A DNA stretch of 64,000 nucleotides from an uncultured archaeon (GCA_963782915.1 CAWALK010000022.1:192001-256000), one strand, 5' to 3'; counted from the first letter of the stretch, positions 9,688 through 20,027 are shown. Program-made: numbers and translations. The notes: a model not told the origin generated them from the sequence alone.

Positions 9688-10125
9688 ATGATGAAAGACA
9701 GCGATGGATGGTTTGAACTTAAAATAGAAAGTGACCTAAAGAACCTAGAAATTGTAGCGGATTTCATAACTAAAACCATGCGTGAATCAGGCGCACAAAA
9801 TGAAAAAGACATATTCGATGTCCAATTAGCCGTAGACGAAGCCTTAACAAACATAATCGAACACGCTTACGCCGGCATTAAAGGCGGCAAAATCACAGTA
9901 CAATGCCGACTATCAGAATCAAAAAAAGAGTTCATAGTTAAACTTAAAGACTCAGGCAAACCCTTTGATCCCCAAACTGTCGCTTCTCCAGACACCGACG
10001 CCGAATTAGAGGAACGCAAAGTCGGCGGATTGGGAATTTACTTCATGAAACAGCTTATGCAAACCGTTAAATACGCCATCAACGACAAGGAAAACGAATT
10101 AACGATGGCTAAGATTCTTAGCTGA
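9688..10125 (+). CDS. RsbW/SpoIIAB-like Ser/Thr kinase (HATPase_c_2)
   Basis: LAVDEALTNIIEHAY, DSGKPFDP, GGLGIYFMKQLM. Confidence 0.92.
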   Translation: MMKDSDGWFELKIESDLKNLEIVADFITKTMRESGAQNEKDIFDVQLAVDEALTNIIEHAYAGIKGGKITVQCRLSESKKEFIVKLKDSGKPFDPQTVASPDTDAELEERKVGGLGIYFMKQLMQTVKYAINDKENELTMAKILS

Positions 10126-10135
10126 GGGTTTAACG

Positions 10136-10471
10136 ATGAGTGTTGAAGTTAAAACTGTGGGCGACGTAAAAATTATTTGTATCATGAAACGATTTGATGC
10201 TTATACTGCAAACCAGGTTGAGGCAGAATTAACAAGACTTATTGCGGAAGGTTCTCGCAAGATAGTGTGCGATTTCTCACAAACAGAGTACCTTGCCAGT
10301 GCTGGACTTCGCGTGCTCATAACTGCCACCAGAAGCCTCCAGAAAGTAGGCGGCAAAATTGTGCTCTGCTCAGTCAAGCCCTATGTGCTCGAAGTCTTCG
10401 AAATATCTGGCTTAAAGAAGATCTTCAAAATATTCGATTCCACCGACGCCGCCCTACAAGAACTAAAATAA
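10136..10471 (+). CDS. STAS domain anti-anti-sigma factor (RsbV/SpoIIAA-like)
   Basis: DFSQTEYLASAGLRVL, V.EVFEISGL. Confidence 0.92.
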   Translation: MSVEVKTVGDVKIICIMKRFDAYTANQVEAELTRLIAEGSRKIVCDFSQTEYLASAGLRVLITATRSLQKVGGKIVLCSVKPYVLEVFEISGLKKIFKIFDSTDAALQELK

Positions 10472-10483
10472 ACGGTGCTTAAG

Positions 10484-12208
10484 ATGAAATTAACCAGTTC
10501 CGATCTTCTCTTAAAATATCTTGAGAACGAAGGCGTCGAATACATATTCGGTGTCCCCGGACTCAGCTTAATCCCCCTTTTCGAGGCATGCAATCGAAAC
10601 CCAAAGATCAAGCCGATCCTCGCCAAACACGAGGAAGGAGCCGCATTCATGGCAGACGGCTATGCCCGAGTCAAGGGAACCTTAGGCGTATGCTTTGCTA
10701 CCTCAGGTCCAGGCGCAACTAACCTCATAACTGGAGTTGCAACCTCCTATCTCGATAACATCCCAGTTATGGTATTAACTGGTCAAGTTGCAACTTCGTT
10801 ATCAGGCGGCGGCGCTTTTCAGGATTCCACCAAAAACGGTGTCGACTCGGTAGCCATGTTTGACCCAATTACAAAGTACAGCACTATGATTCTTTCTAAG
10901 TATAGAGCTCCTGAAGAGATCCGTGAAGCCCTCAGAATGGCATTAACGGGCAAAAAAGGCCCCGTACATTTGAGTATGCCCAAAGACGTGATGGCTGAAG
11001 AGATAGAATCCGAACTACCAACATCTACCTCGTATAGGCCGCCTGCTGAGTACTTTGATCGCCGCATGGTGATTGAAGCCGCAGAGCAACTCGTAAACGC
11101 ACAAAACCCTGTAATCTTGGTGGGCAGCGGCGCAGTGGCATCTGGGGCTTGTGAAGAAATCCGTGATTTAGCTGAAACTCTGCGCATCCCAGTTGCGACT
11201 TCACCCAAAGCAAAAGGAGCCTTCCCAGAAGATCATCCACTATCCTTGGGTGTGCTTGGTTTCTGCGGTTCTCCTGTTGCGGAAAACTGTCTAACTTCCG
11301 GTCAAACCGATGTGCTATTAGTTATTGGGTCTAGCCTAAACCAGATGACAACTATGTCATGGGACCCACGCTTAGCGCCAACCAAATGTTTAATCCATAT
11401 AAACATTGACGCGACCGAAATCGGCAGAAACTACAAAGTCGATATTCCATTGGTTGGCGATGCCCGAACAATTATTAACGAAATCTCTTTCCGCATCATG
11501 AAATACATTGTGGATGAGCAAAGCCCAAAATGTGACGGAGCGGCAAGGGTTGCAGCTATACGACAGAAGGTCGGGATATGCGTATCACCCGAAAAGATGG
11601 AATCCAATAATATTCCAGTTTTGCCTCAACGCATGGTCAAGGAATTAGAACGTGCCTTGCCAGAAGACGCCATTCTATTCGTTGACACAGGAAATCCCAT
11701 GTGCTGGGCTATTCACCATATGCAAGTCCGAAGACCAGACTCGTTCATCTGTCCCTTCGGTCTTTTAACCATGGGTTACTCTACTGCCGCAGCTATAGGC
11801 GGAAAATTAGCTGCACCAAACCGTCCAGTTGTATCTCTAGTTGGGGATGGTTGCTTCTTGATGAATGGCATGGAAGTAGCTACAGCCGTCAGCTATGATA
11901 TACCAGTCGTCTGGATAGTGCAGAATAACGCAAAACTTGGTTTGGTCCATGAGTTCCAGAGGTTGAACTTTGGCGAAAAAACAGTTGTTACCAGATTCAA
12001 GCCGATTGACGCTGCCAAAGTGGCTGAAGGATTAGGTGCCAAAGGGTACCATATCGAGCGGCCAGGTGAACTTGAAGCATTATTGCCTAAAGTTATTGAA
12101 GAGAATAAGCCGGCTGTTATCGACTGCAGAATTGCTGATGAGGTACCGCCGCTTGCTCCATTTGTTCAGGGCCTCAAGAACTTCTCCAGCCGCCTAGAAA
12201 ATATGTAA
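10484..12208 (+). CDS. thiamine-pyrophosphate enzyme, acetolactate synthase large subunit-like
   Basis: IFGVPG, HEEGAAFMADGYAR, TSGPGATN, GDGCFLMNG..N motif. Confidence 0.92.
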   Translation: MKLTSSDLLLKYLENEGVEYIFGVPGLSLIPLFEACNRNPKIKPILAKHEEGAAFMADGYARVKGTLGVCFATSGPGATNLITGVATSYLDNIPVMVLTGQVATSLSGGGAFQDSTKNGVDSVAMFDPITKYSTMILSKYRAPEEIREALRMALTGKKGPVHLSMPKDVMAEEIESELPTSTSYRPPAEYFDRRMVIEAAEQLVNAQNPVILVGSGAVASGACEEIRDLAETLRIPVATSPKAKGAFPEDHPLSLGVLGFCGSPVAENCLTSGQTDVLLVIGSSLNQMTTMSWDPRLAPTKCLIHINIDATEIGRNYKVDIPLVGDARTIINEISFRIMKYIVDEQSPKCDGAARVAAIRQKVGICVSPEKMESNNIPVLPQRMVKELERALPEDAILFVDTGNPMCWAIHHMQVRRPDSFICPFGLLTMGYSTAAAIGGKLAAPNRPVVSLVGDGCFLMNGMEVATAVSYDIPVVWIVQNNAKLGLVHEFQRLNFGEKTVVTRFKPIDAAKVAEGLGAKGYHIERPGELEALLPKVIEENKPAVIDCRIADEVPPLAPFVQGLKNFSSRLENM

Positions 12209-12491
12209 GCCCTTCCGACTTCCTTGGGCTATTTTTTTTATTTCTCTATTTGATTGAAGGGATCAGAGAAACTTCTGGAGAGAATTGATGATCTCAAAAT
12301 AGTATCGTCACATTGAAATTAGAATAGTTGGCGAAGTTCTTAGGTATTGTTCTAATCATTTAGTTTTGTAAAGTAACCGCCAGTTTTTGGTAATGGATGT
12401 TTTGTAGTGCTGTGGCTGTTGGTAACAAACGCATTGTTTTAAATATCAACCGCTGAAAAGTAAGGAAGCACAAACAAGGAGATAAGAAAAA

Positions 12492-15103
12492 TTGAATAAA
12501 AAAATCTTTGCAATTTTGCTTTTTTTGGCTTTTAGCATTAGGAACATTTGCAGCTATACCAAATGAAGTAAACGTACAAGCAGCAACAGCAGCAACACAA
12601 AAGACCTATTCAATTACTGATGCAATCCCCGACAAAATCGGCCTTGGCGAAACAACACTTCTCAAAACCGGTATTACACAAGCACTAAACGCAGCCGAAG
12701 ATGGTTGGAGCGGCCTCACAATCACAGTCACAAAACCAGACGGCACAAACACAACATTGGGACCATTCAAGTCAGACTCGACAGGTTCAACCTTCACCCA
12801 ATACACACCAGACGCAGTAGGCACCTACACTATAACAAGCAACTTCCCACAACAAGAAATGCCAGTAAACACAGACGACGCAGAAAGAGGCATAACTATT
12901 CCTAAGGGAACCATCATGCTTGCAAGCAGTGCATCATGCACATTAGTCGTAACAAATGAGCCTTCACCAGTATATCCTGGTCATTCCCTTCCAACTGAAT
13001 ACTGGAGTCGCCCAATCGACCCACAGCTTAGAGAATGGTTCAGCATCTCAGGTAACTGGGTTCAACGACCAGACAATTCATTAGCACTCTTCAATGACGA
13101 TGCACCAGACACAGCACACGTACTATGGGCTCAAGATTTAACAACCGGCGGTATGTCAGGCGGTCTCATCAGGCCCTGGTCAAGTTCACTGCAGGAATGA
13201 ACTCAGGCGACGCATACGAAGGCAAATTCTCCAACTCAGTCATACTCAACGGAAAACTCTATCTACAACACTGGACCCGCACCAGGCTTTTACGGTTCAC
13301 TTGGCATCAATGTAACGTCAAAGCAGTTGACCTACACACAGGCGAGGAACTCTGGGTTAAAAAACGACACACTTCCTATCCTTTGGTCAAGAATTCTACT
13401 GGAACAGCTACAACGTAGATGGTGTATACAGTTATCTTTGACAACATCACCACTTATGATCCACCATTCTTCATCCCAAAAACCACTTGGACTGCATACG
13501 ACCCCTTTGAATGGCTTCTATGGTGCTTCACTTTCGAGAATGTTCCCTCAGGAACAGCAAATCTATGGCCCAAGCGGCGAAATCCTGATCTATCAAATTG
13601 ACTACGTAAACAACCGACTGATGCTTTGGAACTCAACCCTCTGCGGATCTACAAAATGCAGCGCCAGATTCACCTGATCTACGGTAGTTGGGCAAGCAAC
13701 GTCATGATGAAAACATTCGATGCATCAAATCCAAAATGCTACTCTTGGAACGTCTCTATCCCAGCGGGCTTGAAACAGAAGCACATACATTCGGGGCATC
13801 AATCGCGAAGATCTACGATGACAGAATATGTCTGCATTATTCTTCAACCAAACAATGGTAAGAGTATGGGCAATAAACACTGAAGACTTAACAAAAACAT
13901 CCACATCAACTCTCAACTGCTATTCGATCAAACCTGGGCTGCACCAACCGAATGGCTTGCATGGCTCAAACACTCTACATTACACAGGCGCAACAAATTA
14001 TGTATCACAGACAGTACATACGGCGACGGTGTCATAGCAGTATGGGACAAAGAATTAAGAACCCACTATGGCTTTAGCATCACAACTGGTAAATACCTCT
14101 GGGCAACTGGCTCTGAAATCTATTCCGATGCTTACGGTTGGGGTAATGCAGAACACACTTGGTACTTTGCTTATGGCAAATTGTACTCAGTGGGTGTCGG
14201 CGGTATCCTCTATGCTTATGACCTTGCAAACAGGATGACACAGCATGGACATACAATCTAACTGACGCCCAACTGGAGAACCCGTCACAGGCAACAACTG
14301 GTGGGGCTGGATTGACCTAATTGCTGATGGCAAAATCTACATCGGCACACTTGAACACTCAGCTGAGAACCCACTACCAAGAGGCGCACCCTACATCGCA
14401 GTTAACGCAACCGACGGCAGCTGAAATCTTGCCGTGTCAACGGTATGTTCCGTGAAACCAGATGGGGCGGTAACGGCATCATCGCTGATAGCATCATCGC
14501 AACCATGGACACATACGACCAACGCGTATATGCAATCGGCAAAGGCCCAACACAACTAACAATTGACGTACCAGGTATCGGCGTAGCATCAGGACAAAGC
14601 ATCATGATACAAGGCACAGTTAACCGACACATCACCAGGCACCTCAGACTTACGCATTAACCTCAAGATTCCCCAACGGTGTCCCTGCAGTATCTGACGA
14701 CAGCCAAAGCCAATGGATGCTCTATGTATACAAACAATTTGAACGCCCAACAAACACTACTGGCGTTGAAGTAATCTTAACTGCTTTGGACCCTAATGGT
14801 AACTATATCACCCTCGGCTCGACTACAACGGATGCAAGCGGCACCTTCGGATACAACTGGGCAACACCTGACATTCCAGGCAAGTACACGATCACTGCCA
14901 TATTCGCTGGCTCCTCGGCATACTATTCTTCAAATGCACAAACATACGCTATCATAGAGTCTGCACCTGAACCCACCGCTGAACCAACAAAAACACCAAC
15001 GGCAATCTCAGAAACCTACTTTGTACCTGCAATTGGGGGTATATTCATTGCAATAGTAGTAGGTTTCGTGTTGATGCTATTAGTACTCAGGAAACGACCA
15101 TAA
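12492..15103 (+). CDS. PQQ-like beta-propeller surface protein (paralog 2), many frameshifts (probable sequencing errors)
   Basis: TTG after AAGGAG; LPTEYWSRPI; YDQRVYAIGKGP; RFPNGVPAVSD; C-terminal YFVPAIGG TM + RKRP. Confidence 0.85.
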
Positions 15104-15163
15104 GGTGAAAACGAAATGAAAAACACCCTTTCCCTTCCTTTTTTTAGTTTCAATTTATGTTTC

Positions 15164-15281
15164 AGGCTGGGGCTGAGTGGGCTTCTGGACTACTGTTTTA
15201 CGCGGTGTTTGCGATCATCGTGTTTGCATTTTTCTTCTCTCCTTAAGAATAAATGTCTAGGCGCCTCAGTAAACCCAGTTT
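15164..15281 (+). ncRNA. BHB-flanked intron-like sRNA, copy 3 (predicted excised RNA 15178-15272, 95 nt)
   Basis: AGGCUGGG|GCUG|AGU|GGGCUUCUGGAC with GUCUAGGCGCCU|CAGU|AAA|CCCAGUUU; multiple G-U pairs. Confidence 0.85.
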
Positions 15282-15317
15282 AAACCTTTTTTCGTTTTCT
15301 TTTTCTTGAAATAATTA

Positions 15318-15392
15318 GGCGCCGGGGTTAAGGACTCGAACCCCTGTGGGCATGAAGCCTCTGGCTATCTTGCCATTTCTGGCTCTTGCCCT
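15318..15392 (-). pseudogene. degenerate 3' fragment of tRNA-Ser(CGA) including part of the intron (att-site remnant)
   Basis: Matches 19121-19195; 25 nt exact (15368-15392 = 19171-19195); T-arm mutated. Confidence 0.85.
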
Positions 15393-15672
15393 TACGATAG
15401 GTTTTTTTTAATGTGGGTTTTTTGCATGCGCTACTTTGGTACTTTATGGCTTAATTTTAGCAACGAGAATTGTAAAAGGCAAAACTGATTTAGCAAAGAA
15501 TGGTTTGTGCCTTATCTTTCGTTTATGAATAAAAATAAGAAAAAATGCTATATTCGTAATCGTTATTCATAATTATACTTAATTTTATGGCAAGTTTTAA
15601 GCATATTTGCAAAACCATAAATACGCAAAGGAAACAAAAAAAGAAGCCATAGACATAGGAGATAAGAAAAAA

Positions 15673-18393
15673 TTGCATGTATTAAAAAAAATTGCAACAA
15701 TAATGTCTGTATTGTTAATTGCTTGTATTGTAACTTCTATATTCGCAGCACCATTGGCAACTGGCCAGGTAACCTTGCCGCCTGGCACACATATTGCGAC
15801 TTATGCAAACATTAACGTGGCACCCAACCCAATCGGCGTTGGACAAACAGTCAACGTAAACTTCTACCTTGCGTCACCATTAATCGACAGTAGCAGGCCA
15901 ACAAACATGACAGTTAAAGTCACTGACCCAAGTGGCAACGTCCAAATGAAAGGTCCATACACCGGCGATACAACTGGCGGAACCTTCTTCAACTTCGTTC
16001 CAGACAAAGTCGGCAACTGGACATTCCAACTGTTCTACGGCGGACAACTCACAGTAGGCAGCTCGGGATTCGGAGGAGGACCACCAACTAACGCCAAACT
16101 CATACAAGACCCCAGCGAAAGTAAAGTCTACACGCTTTTAGTACAAGAAGAACCCATAGTACAAACCGGCTACCCACTGACTCCGCTACCAACAAGCTAC
16201 TGGGAGACACCAGTGTCGGCTCAGAACGTCCAGAACTGGTACAAGATTATGGGCCCCTGGCTAGGACTTGGAACCATCACCTTTGCCTCAACGGGCGCAT
16301 ACAACGTCAGCAGCCTATGTAACCCCTACACGCCATCAGTAACATCCGGACACATCATCTGGACGAAAACATGGGGCGCAGGCGGTGTCGTAGGCGGCAG
16401 CGCAGGCGGAACCGAAGATTCAGGCAGCTACTGGTCAACAAGGCAGTACTGGCCACAGTATGCACCAGTCATCATGAACGGCAAAATGTACTCGACATAC
16501 TACCCAGAAACCACAGGCTACTCAAACGGCATAGTATGCACAGACCTCTACACTGGCGAAACGCTTTGGAAAATCAACACAACCGCTGTCCTTCGATGCG
16601 GAATGACGACACAGTGGAAGACTCCAAACATGTACGGCGTAGTCGGCCCATATATTTGGACTACAGGTAACTTACCCGCTTCAGAAACCGGCGGAAAACT
16701 TATCCAAAGCTCAGGCACTGAAATGGGCATGTTTGGTCCAGCGCAAAAAACAGCATACAACCTGTATTCTGCTGAAACAGGACAATACGTCCTAAGCATC
16801 GTTAACGCTTCGGCCATGACACTTAAAGAAGATTCTCAGGGAGATATAATTGGCTACTATCTTAACAGTACTGTTGGAACAATGAGAATATACGGTAATG
16901 CCCCACAAATGGGCACACAACCTCTGGTTCAAACAGTAAACATCACTGCAGGCAAACCAGTCTTATGCTGCTTCAACTTCACACAGGCACTCGGCAACTC
17001 TTGGGGATGGTCTCCATCACAGAACACCGCAATTGACTTCGGTCTAGGTGTAATGTGGGCGAAGCCAGTACCAACCGAAATCAACGGAAAACCAATCTTC
17101 CCAGCACTCGCTATGGATGCAATCAACCCACTAGGCGGCGACGCAGTAGTACTAACAGGCGGATACACCATCATGCAAGGAGGCGGAGACGAAACATGCG
17201 GTTGGCTAGTAGTAGCTTCCATGGATGACACAACCGGCGATGTCTTGATGTGCAAGAACTTCACATACGCAGACGGCTACCAATCATTACTGCCTTACAC
17301 GAGGACAACCAGCTGCAACGTCGATGGAAACAGAGTGATAGCCAACGTGGTTAACAACAAAATCGACGCCTTCAACATACGCACCGGAGCTAAAGCATGG
17401 TCATCAACCCTCGACACTCCATCAGGCTCTACAAACACCTACGACTCGTTCGGCTTCAAAGCTGCACCAGTAAACGGCAAACTGCTCCTCTTCGGTTTAG
17501 GCGGAGACATCTGGGCATACAACGGTAAAACAGGCGCAGAAGAGTGGTACACCAACACAACCGGCTTAATCGGCGACTCAGGCATCGAAACACCATACGG
17601 TACATGGCCACTATGGGTATTTAGTTCACAAGCCTATACACCAGAAGTCGCATACCTCGCAATCGGTCACGAATACAACCCGCCACTATTCCACGGAGGA
17701 CAACTATTAGCAGTCAACATGACTGACGGCACACTAGTCTGGAGTGAACTAGGCGCCTACATCCGATCAGTAGCAATCGCAAACGGCGTCCTACTATCCC
17801 TAAACGCTTATGACAACCAGATTTACGCATTCAGCAAAGGGCCAACCAAGATAACCATTGACGCACCGAGCATTGGAGTAACAACTGCCACGCCGATACG
17901 CATCACAGGAACCATAACCGACGTTTCAGCAGGCGTTACACAATCAGAAGTAGCTAAGAACTTCCCCAACGGCGTACCCTGCGTATCTGATGCAAGCCAA
18001 AGTAAATTCATGGAACACGTCTACCAAGACCAGCCAGCACCAACCGACACCACAGGCGTTCCAATCACCTTGAGCGTCGTTGACCAAAACGGCAACTACC
18101 GCACAATCGGCGCTACTATGAGTACTCCAACCGGTTCATTTGGTATCACTTGGACACCGGATATTCAAGGGGACTATCAAATCTACGCAAGCTTTGAAGG
18201 CTCCAATTCGTACTGGCCAACATCAGCCGGAACATCCTTCTACGCAGGCGAAGCCCCAACAGCAGCCCCAACCCAAGTAGCAGCACAGACAGTTGACAAC
18301 ACTATGCTCATCGTTGCTATCGGCACTGCAATCATCATTGCTATCGCGATTGTAGGAGCAGTTCTACTGCTCGCTATAAGAAAACGCCCATAA
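15673..18393 (+). CDS. PQQ-like beta-propeller surface protein (paralog 3)
   Basis: TTG after AGGAG; PLPTSYWETPV; DLYTGETLW; YDNQIYAFSKGP; NFPNGVPCVSD; TM + RKRP. Confidence 0.88.
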   Translation: MHVLKKIATIMSVLLIACIVTSIFAAPLATGQVTLPPGTHIATYANINVAPNPIGVGQTVNVNFYLASPLIDSSRPTNMTVKVTDPSGNVQMKGPYTGDTTGGTFFNFVPDKVGNWTFQLFYGGQLTVGSSGFGGGPPTNAKLIQDPSESKVYTLLVQEEPIVQTGYPLTPLPTSYWETPVSAQNVQNWYKIMGPWLGLGTITFASTGAYNVSSLCNPYTPSVTSGHIIWTKTWGAGGVVGGSAGGTEDSGSYWSTRQYWPQYAPVIMNGKMYSTYYPETTGYSNGIVCTDLYTGETLWKINTTAVLRCGMTTQWKTPNMYGVVGPYIWTTGNLPASETGGKLIQSSGTEMGMFGPAQKTAYNLYSAETGQYVLSIVNASAMTLKEDSQGDIIGYYLNSTVGTMRIYGNAPQMGTQPLVQTVNITAGKPVLCCFNFTQALGNSWGWSPSQNTAIDFGLGVMWAKPVPTEINGKPIFPALAMDAINPLGGDAVVLTGGYTIMQGGGDETCGWLVVASMDDTTGDVLMCKNFTYADGYQSLLPYTRTTSCNVDGNRVIANVVNNKIDAFNIRTGAKAWSSTLDTPSGSTNTYDSFGFKAAPVNGKLLLFGLGGDIWAYNGKTGAEEWYTNTTGLIGDSGIETPYGTWPLWVFSSQAYTPEVAYLAIGHEYNPPLFHGGQLLAVNMTDGTLVWSELGAYIRSVAIANGVLLSLNAYDNQIYAFSKGPTKITIDAPSIGVTTATPIRITGTITDVSAGVTQSEVAKNFPNGVPCVSDASQSKFMEHVYQDQPAPTDTTGVPITLSVVDQNGNYRTIGATMSTPTGSFGITWTPDIQGDYQIYASFEGSNSYWPTSAGTSFYAGEAPTAAPTQVAAQTVDNTMLIVAIGTAIIIAIAIVGAVLLLAIRKRP

Positions 18394-18565
18394 GGTAAAG
18401 AGACAAATTCTCTTCCTTCTCTTTTTCCTTTATTTTTTTCTTTTTTAGTGAATTAATTTTTCTGATTTTTAAGTTTCGTTAATCATCAATATTCATTTTT
18501 TTAAAGATGGATTGGGATTCCACAAATTAATTATAATTGGCAATAGTTAGCTATAGTGACCTATA

Positions 18566-18799
18566 ATGTCTGACGAAGATGTAACTACAATACAACTCAA
18601 GAAAGCAGTAGTTAAGGAGCTCAAAAGCATTCGAAAGTATCCAAGAGAGACATACAACGAAACAATTCTAAACTTAATAAAAACAGCAAAAGAGTCAAGG
18701 AAAAAAAGACAATACGACGAATTTCTCCACAAAATCCAGCAAGCGAAGATGAAAGAGCTATGGGATAACGAGGAAGACGAGGCTTGGGAAAATGCCTAA
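18566..18799 (+). CDS. putative antitoxin (small RHH-like DNA-binding protein)
   Basis: TTIQL....KEL...ETYNETI..L; C-terminal ELWDNEEDEAW; overlaps the toxin. Confidence 0.75.
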   Translation: MSDEDVTTIQLKKAVVKELKSIRKYPRETYNETILNLIKTAKESRKKRQYDEFLHKIQQAKMKELWDNEEDEAWENA

Positions 18800-19109
18800 G
18801 CCCGGCGACGTTATACTGGCAACGGTTCAGTTTACAGACACAGATGACGTGAAAGTGCGGCCAGCAGTAGTCTTATTTAAGGAGTTGGGAAACGTCGTGG
18901 TAGCAGGCATAACAAGCAACCTCAAAATGAAGGGGATACCGTTAACCAAAAGTGAAGGCGCCATAAAAGACAGCGTCATAAAACTCAACTACATCTTTAC
19001 TATCTCAAACGAGATGGCAACCAAAGTCCTCTTTCACCTTAGCACAGAAAAGAAACGATTAATTTTTGAAGAGCTAACTAAAAGAATAGCACACCTCAAA
19101 CTCAATTAG
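18792..19109 (+). CDS. PemK/MazF family toxin
   Basis: GDVILA.V.FTD....KVRPAVVL, VAGITSN. Confidence 0.85.
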   Translation: MPKPGDVILATVQFTDTDDVKVRPAVVLFKELGNVVVAGITSNLKMKGIPLTKSEGAIKDSVIKLNYIFTISNEMATKVLFHLSTEKKRLIFEELTKRIAHLKLN

Positions 19110-19119
19110 AAACGAAAGT

Positions 19120-19244
19120 TGGCGCCGGGGAAGGGACTCGAACCCCTGCGAGCACGAAGCCCACCAGCTGTCTTGCCATTTCTGGCTCTTGCCCTCGTTT
19201 GTTTGATCTCGAGGCTGGCGCGATAACCACTCCGCCACCCCGGC
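19120..19244 (-). tRNA. tRNA-Ser(CGA) with 38-nt intron at 37/38 (19170-19207), CCA encoded
   Basis: GCCGGGG/CCCCGGC acceptor, CCAGC/GCTGG anticodon stem, CT-CGA-G loop, long variable arm, GTTCGAGTCC. Confidence 0.93.
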
Positions 19245-19445
19245 TCCGCAGATTACTCTGCGTTTCCCTCTAAAAGAGTTTTCAGTGCAAAAACTATCCA
19301 TTGATTGATTTTCATTGGCTTAGTCTGAGGCTAGCAGATGCTGAGTAGATTTCTGGGTTTTTGCGCATATGCTGACAAAAGTTTTTTCCCAACTCAACGA
19401 ATGGTATTGTTTACGAATTTTGCAATTGGCTTGTTTAGTCTATTT

Positions 19446-19660
19446 TATAGGGGAGGGGGTATATGTTTGAGGTAGGTAGGTCGGGTCGTGGCTTTCGAGC
19501 CCAGAACTGCTTAGCTGCAAAACAGATGCCTGATACTCTAACAATTCAGCGTATAACTGTACAAATCCCACAGCTCCAAACCAGCATACACCCGCTTCCG
19601 CTTTATTTTTGTCTGCATTCATTGAGCCTATAAATAGAGGGGGTAGAGGAAAAAACGCAA
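19446..19660 (+). repeat. G-string intergenic repeat modules
   Basis: TATAGGGGAGGGGGT..GAGGTAGGTAGGTC (cf. 53005-53045) and TTGAGCCTATAAATAGAGGGGG. Confidence 0.7.
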
Positions 19661-19856
19661 CAGACCCATAAGCCATATGTGCTTAAGGATTATACTCAGC
19701 CAACCAGCAAAGCCCAAAACCATAACCCCTCTGCTGCTTTTAGTTTACAAAGCCTCTCAGCGACAAATTAAGAAAACAGAAAAACACCGTTATGGCACAA
19801 CATTAATTAGTTAAAAACCATAATAGCCATACAACACAAAAAGGAATTGAAATCCA

Positions 19857-20027
19857 ATGGGTATGCGAAGAAAAAAGAAAGATTCAGGTCCAATGCCCGC
19901 TGCAAGTGCAGGATTGCTACGCTTCTTCGAAGAAGAAACCGAAGGCATTAAAATCCGCCCAGAAATACTTGTAGCCTTAGCAGTAACATTAATCGTTGTT
20001 TCAGTTGTAGCTCAAATCTTCAAATAA
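19857..20027 (+). CDS. secG: preprotein translocase subunit Sec61beta (missed by ORF track, 56 aa)
   Basis: PAASAGLLRFFEEETEGIKIRPE + single TM. Confidence 0.92.
   Translation: MGMRRKKKDSGPMPAASAGLLRFFEEETEGIKIRPEILVALAVTLIVVSVVAQIFK

Larger units (their letters stand above)
15318..19195. mobile_element. integrase-less tRNA-Ser-anchored island remnant
   Basis: Bounded by the tRNA 3' end and its duplicated fragment; carries a surface protein and a TA pair. Confidence 0.6.

Noticed and set aside
12492-15103. Paralog 2 as a true pseudogene or phase-variable by slippage
   Set aside because: Similar single-base indels hit essential genes (PCNA, priL, GINS, pus10), indicating sequencing error; the higher density here cannot be resolved without reads
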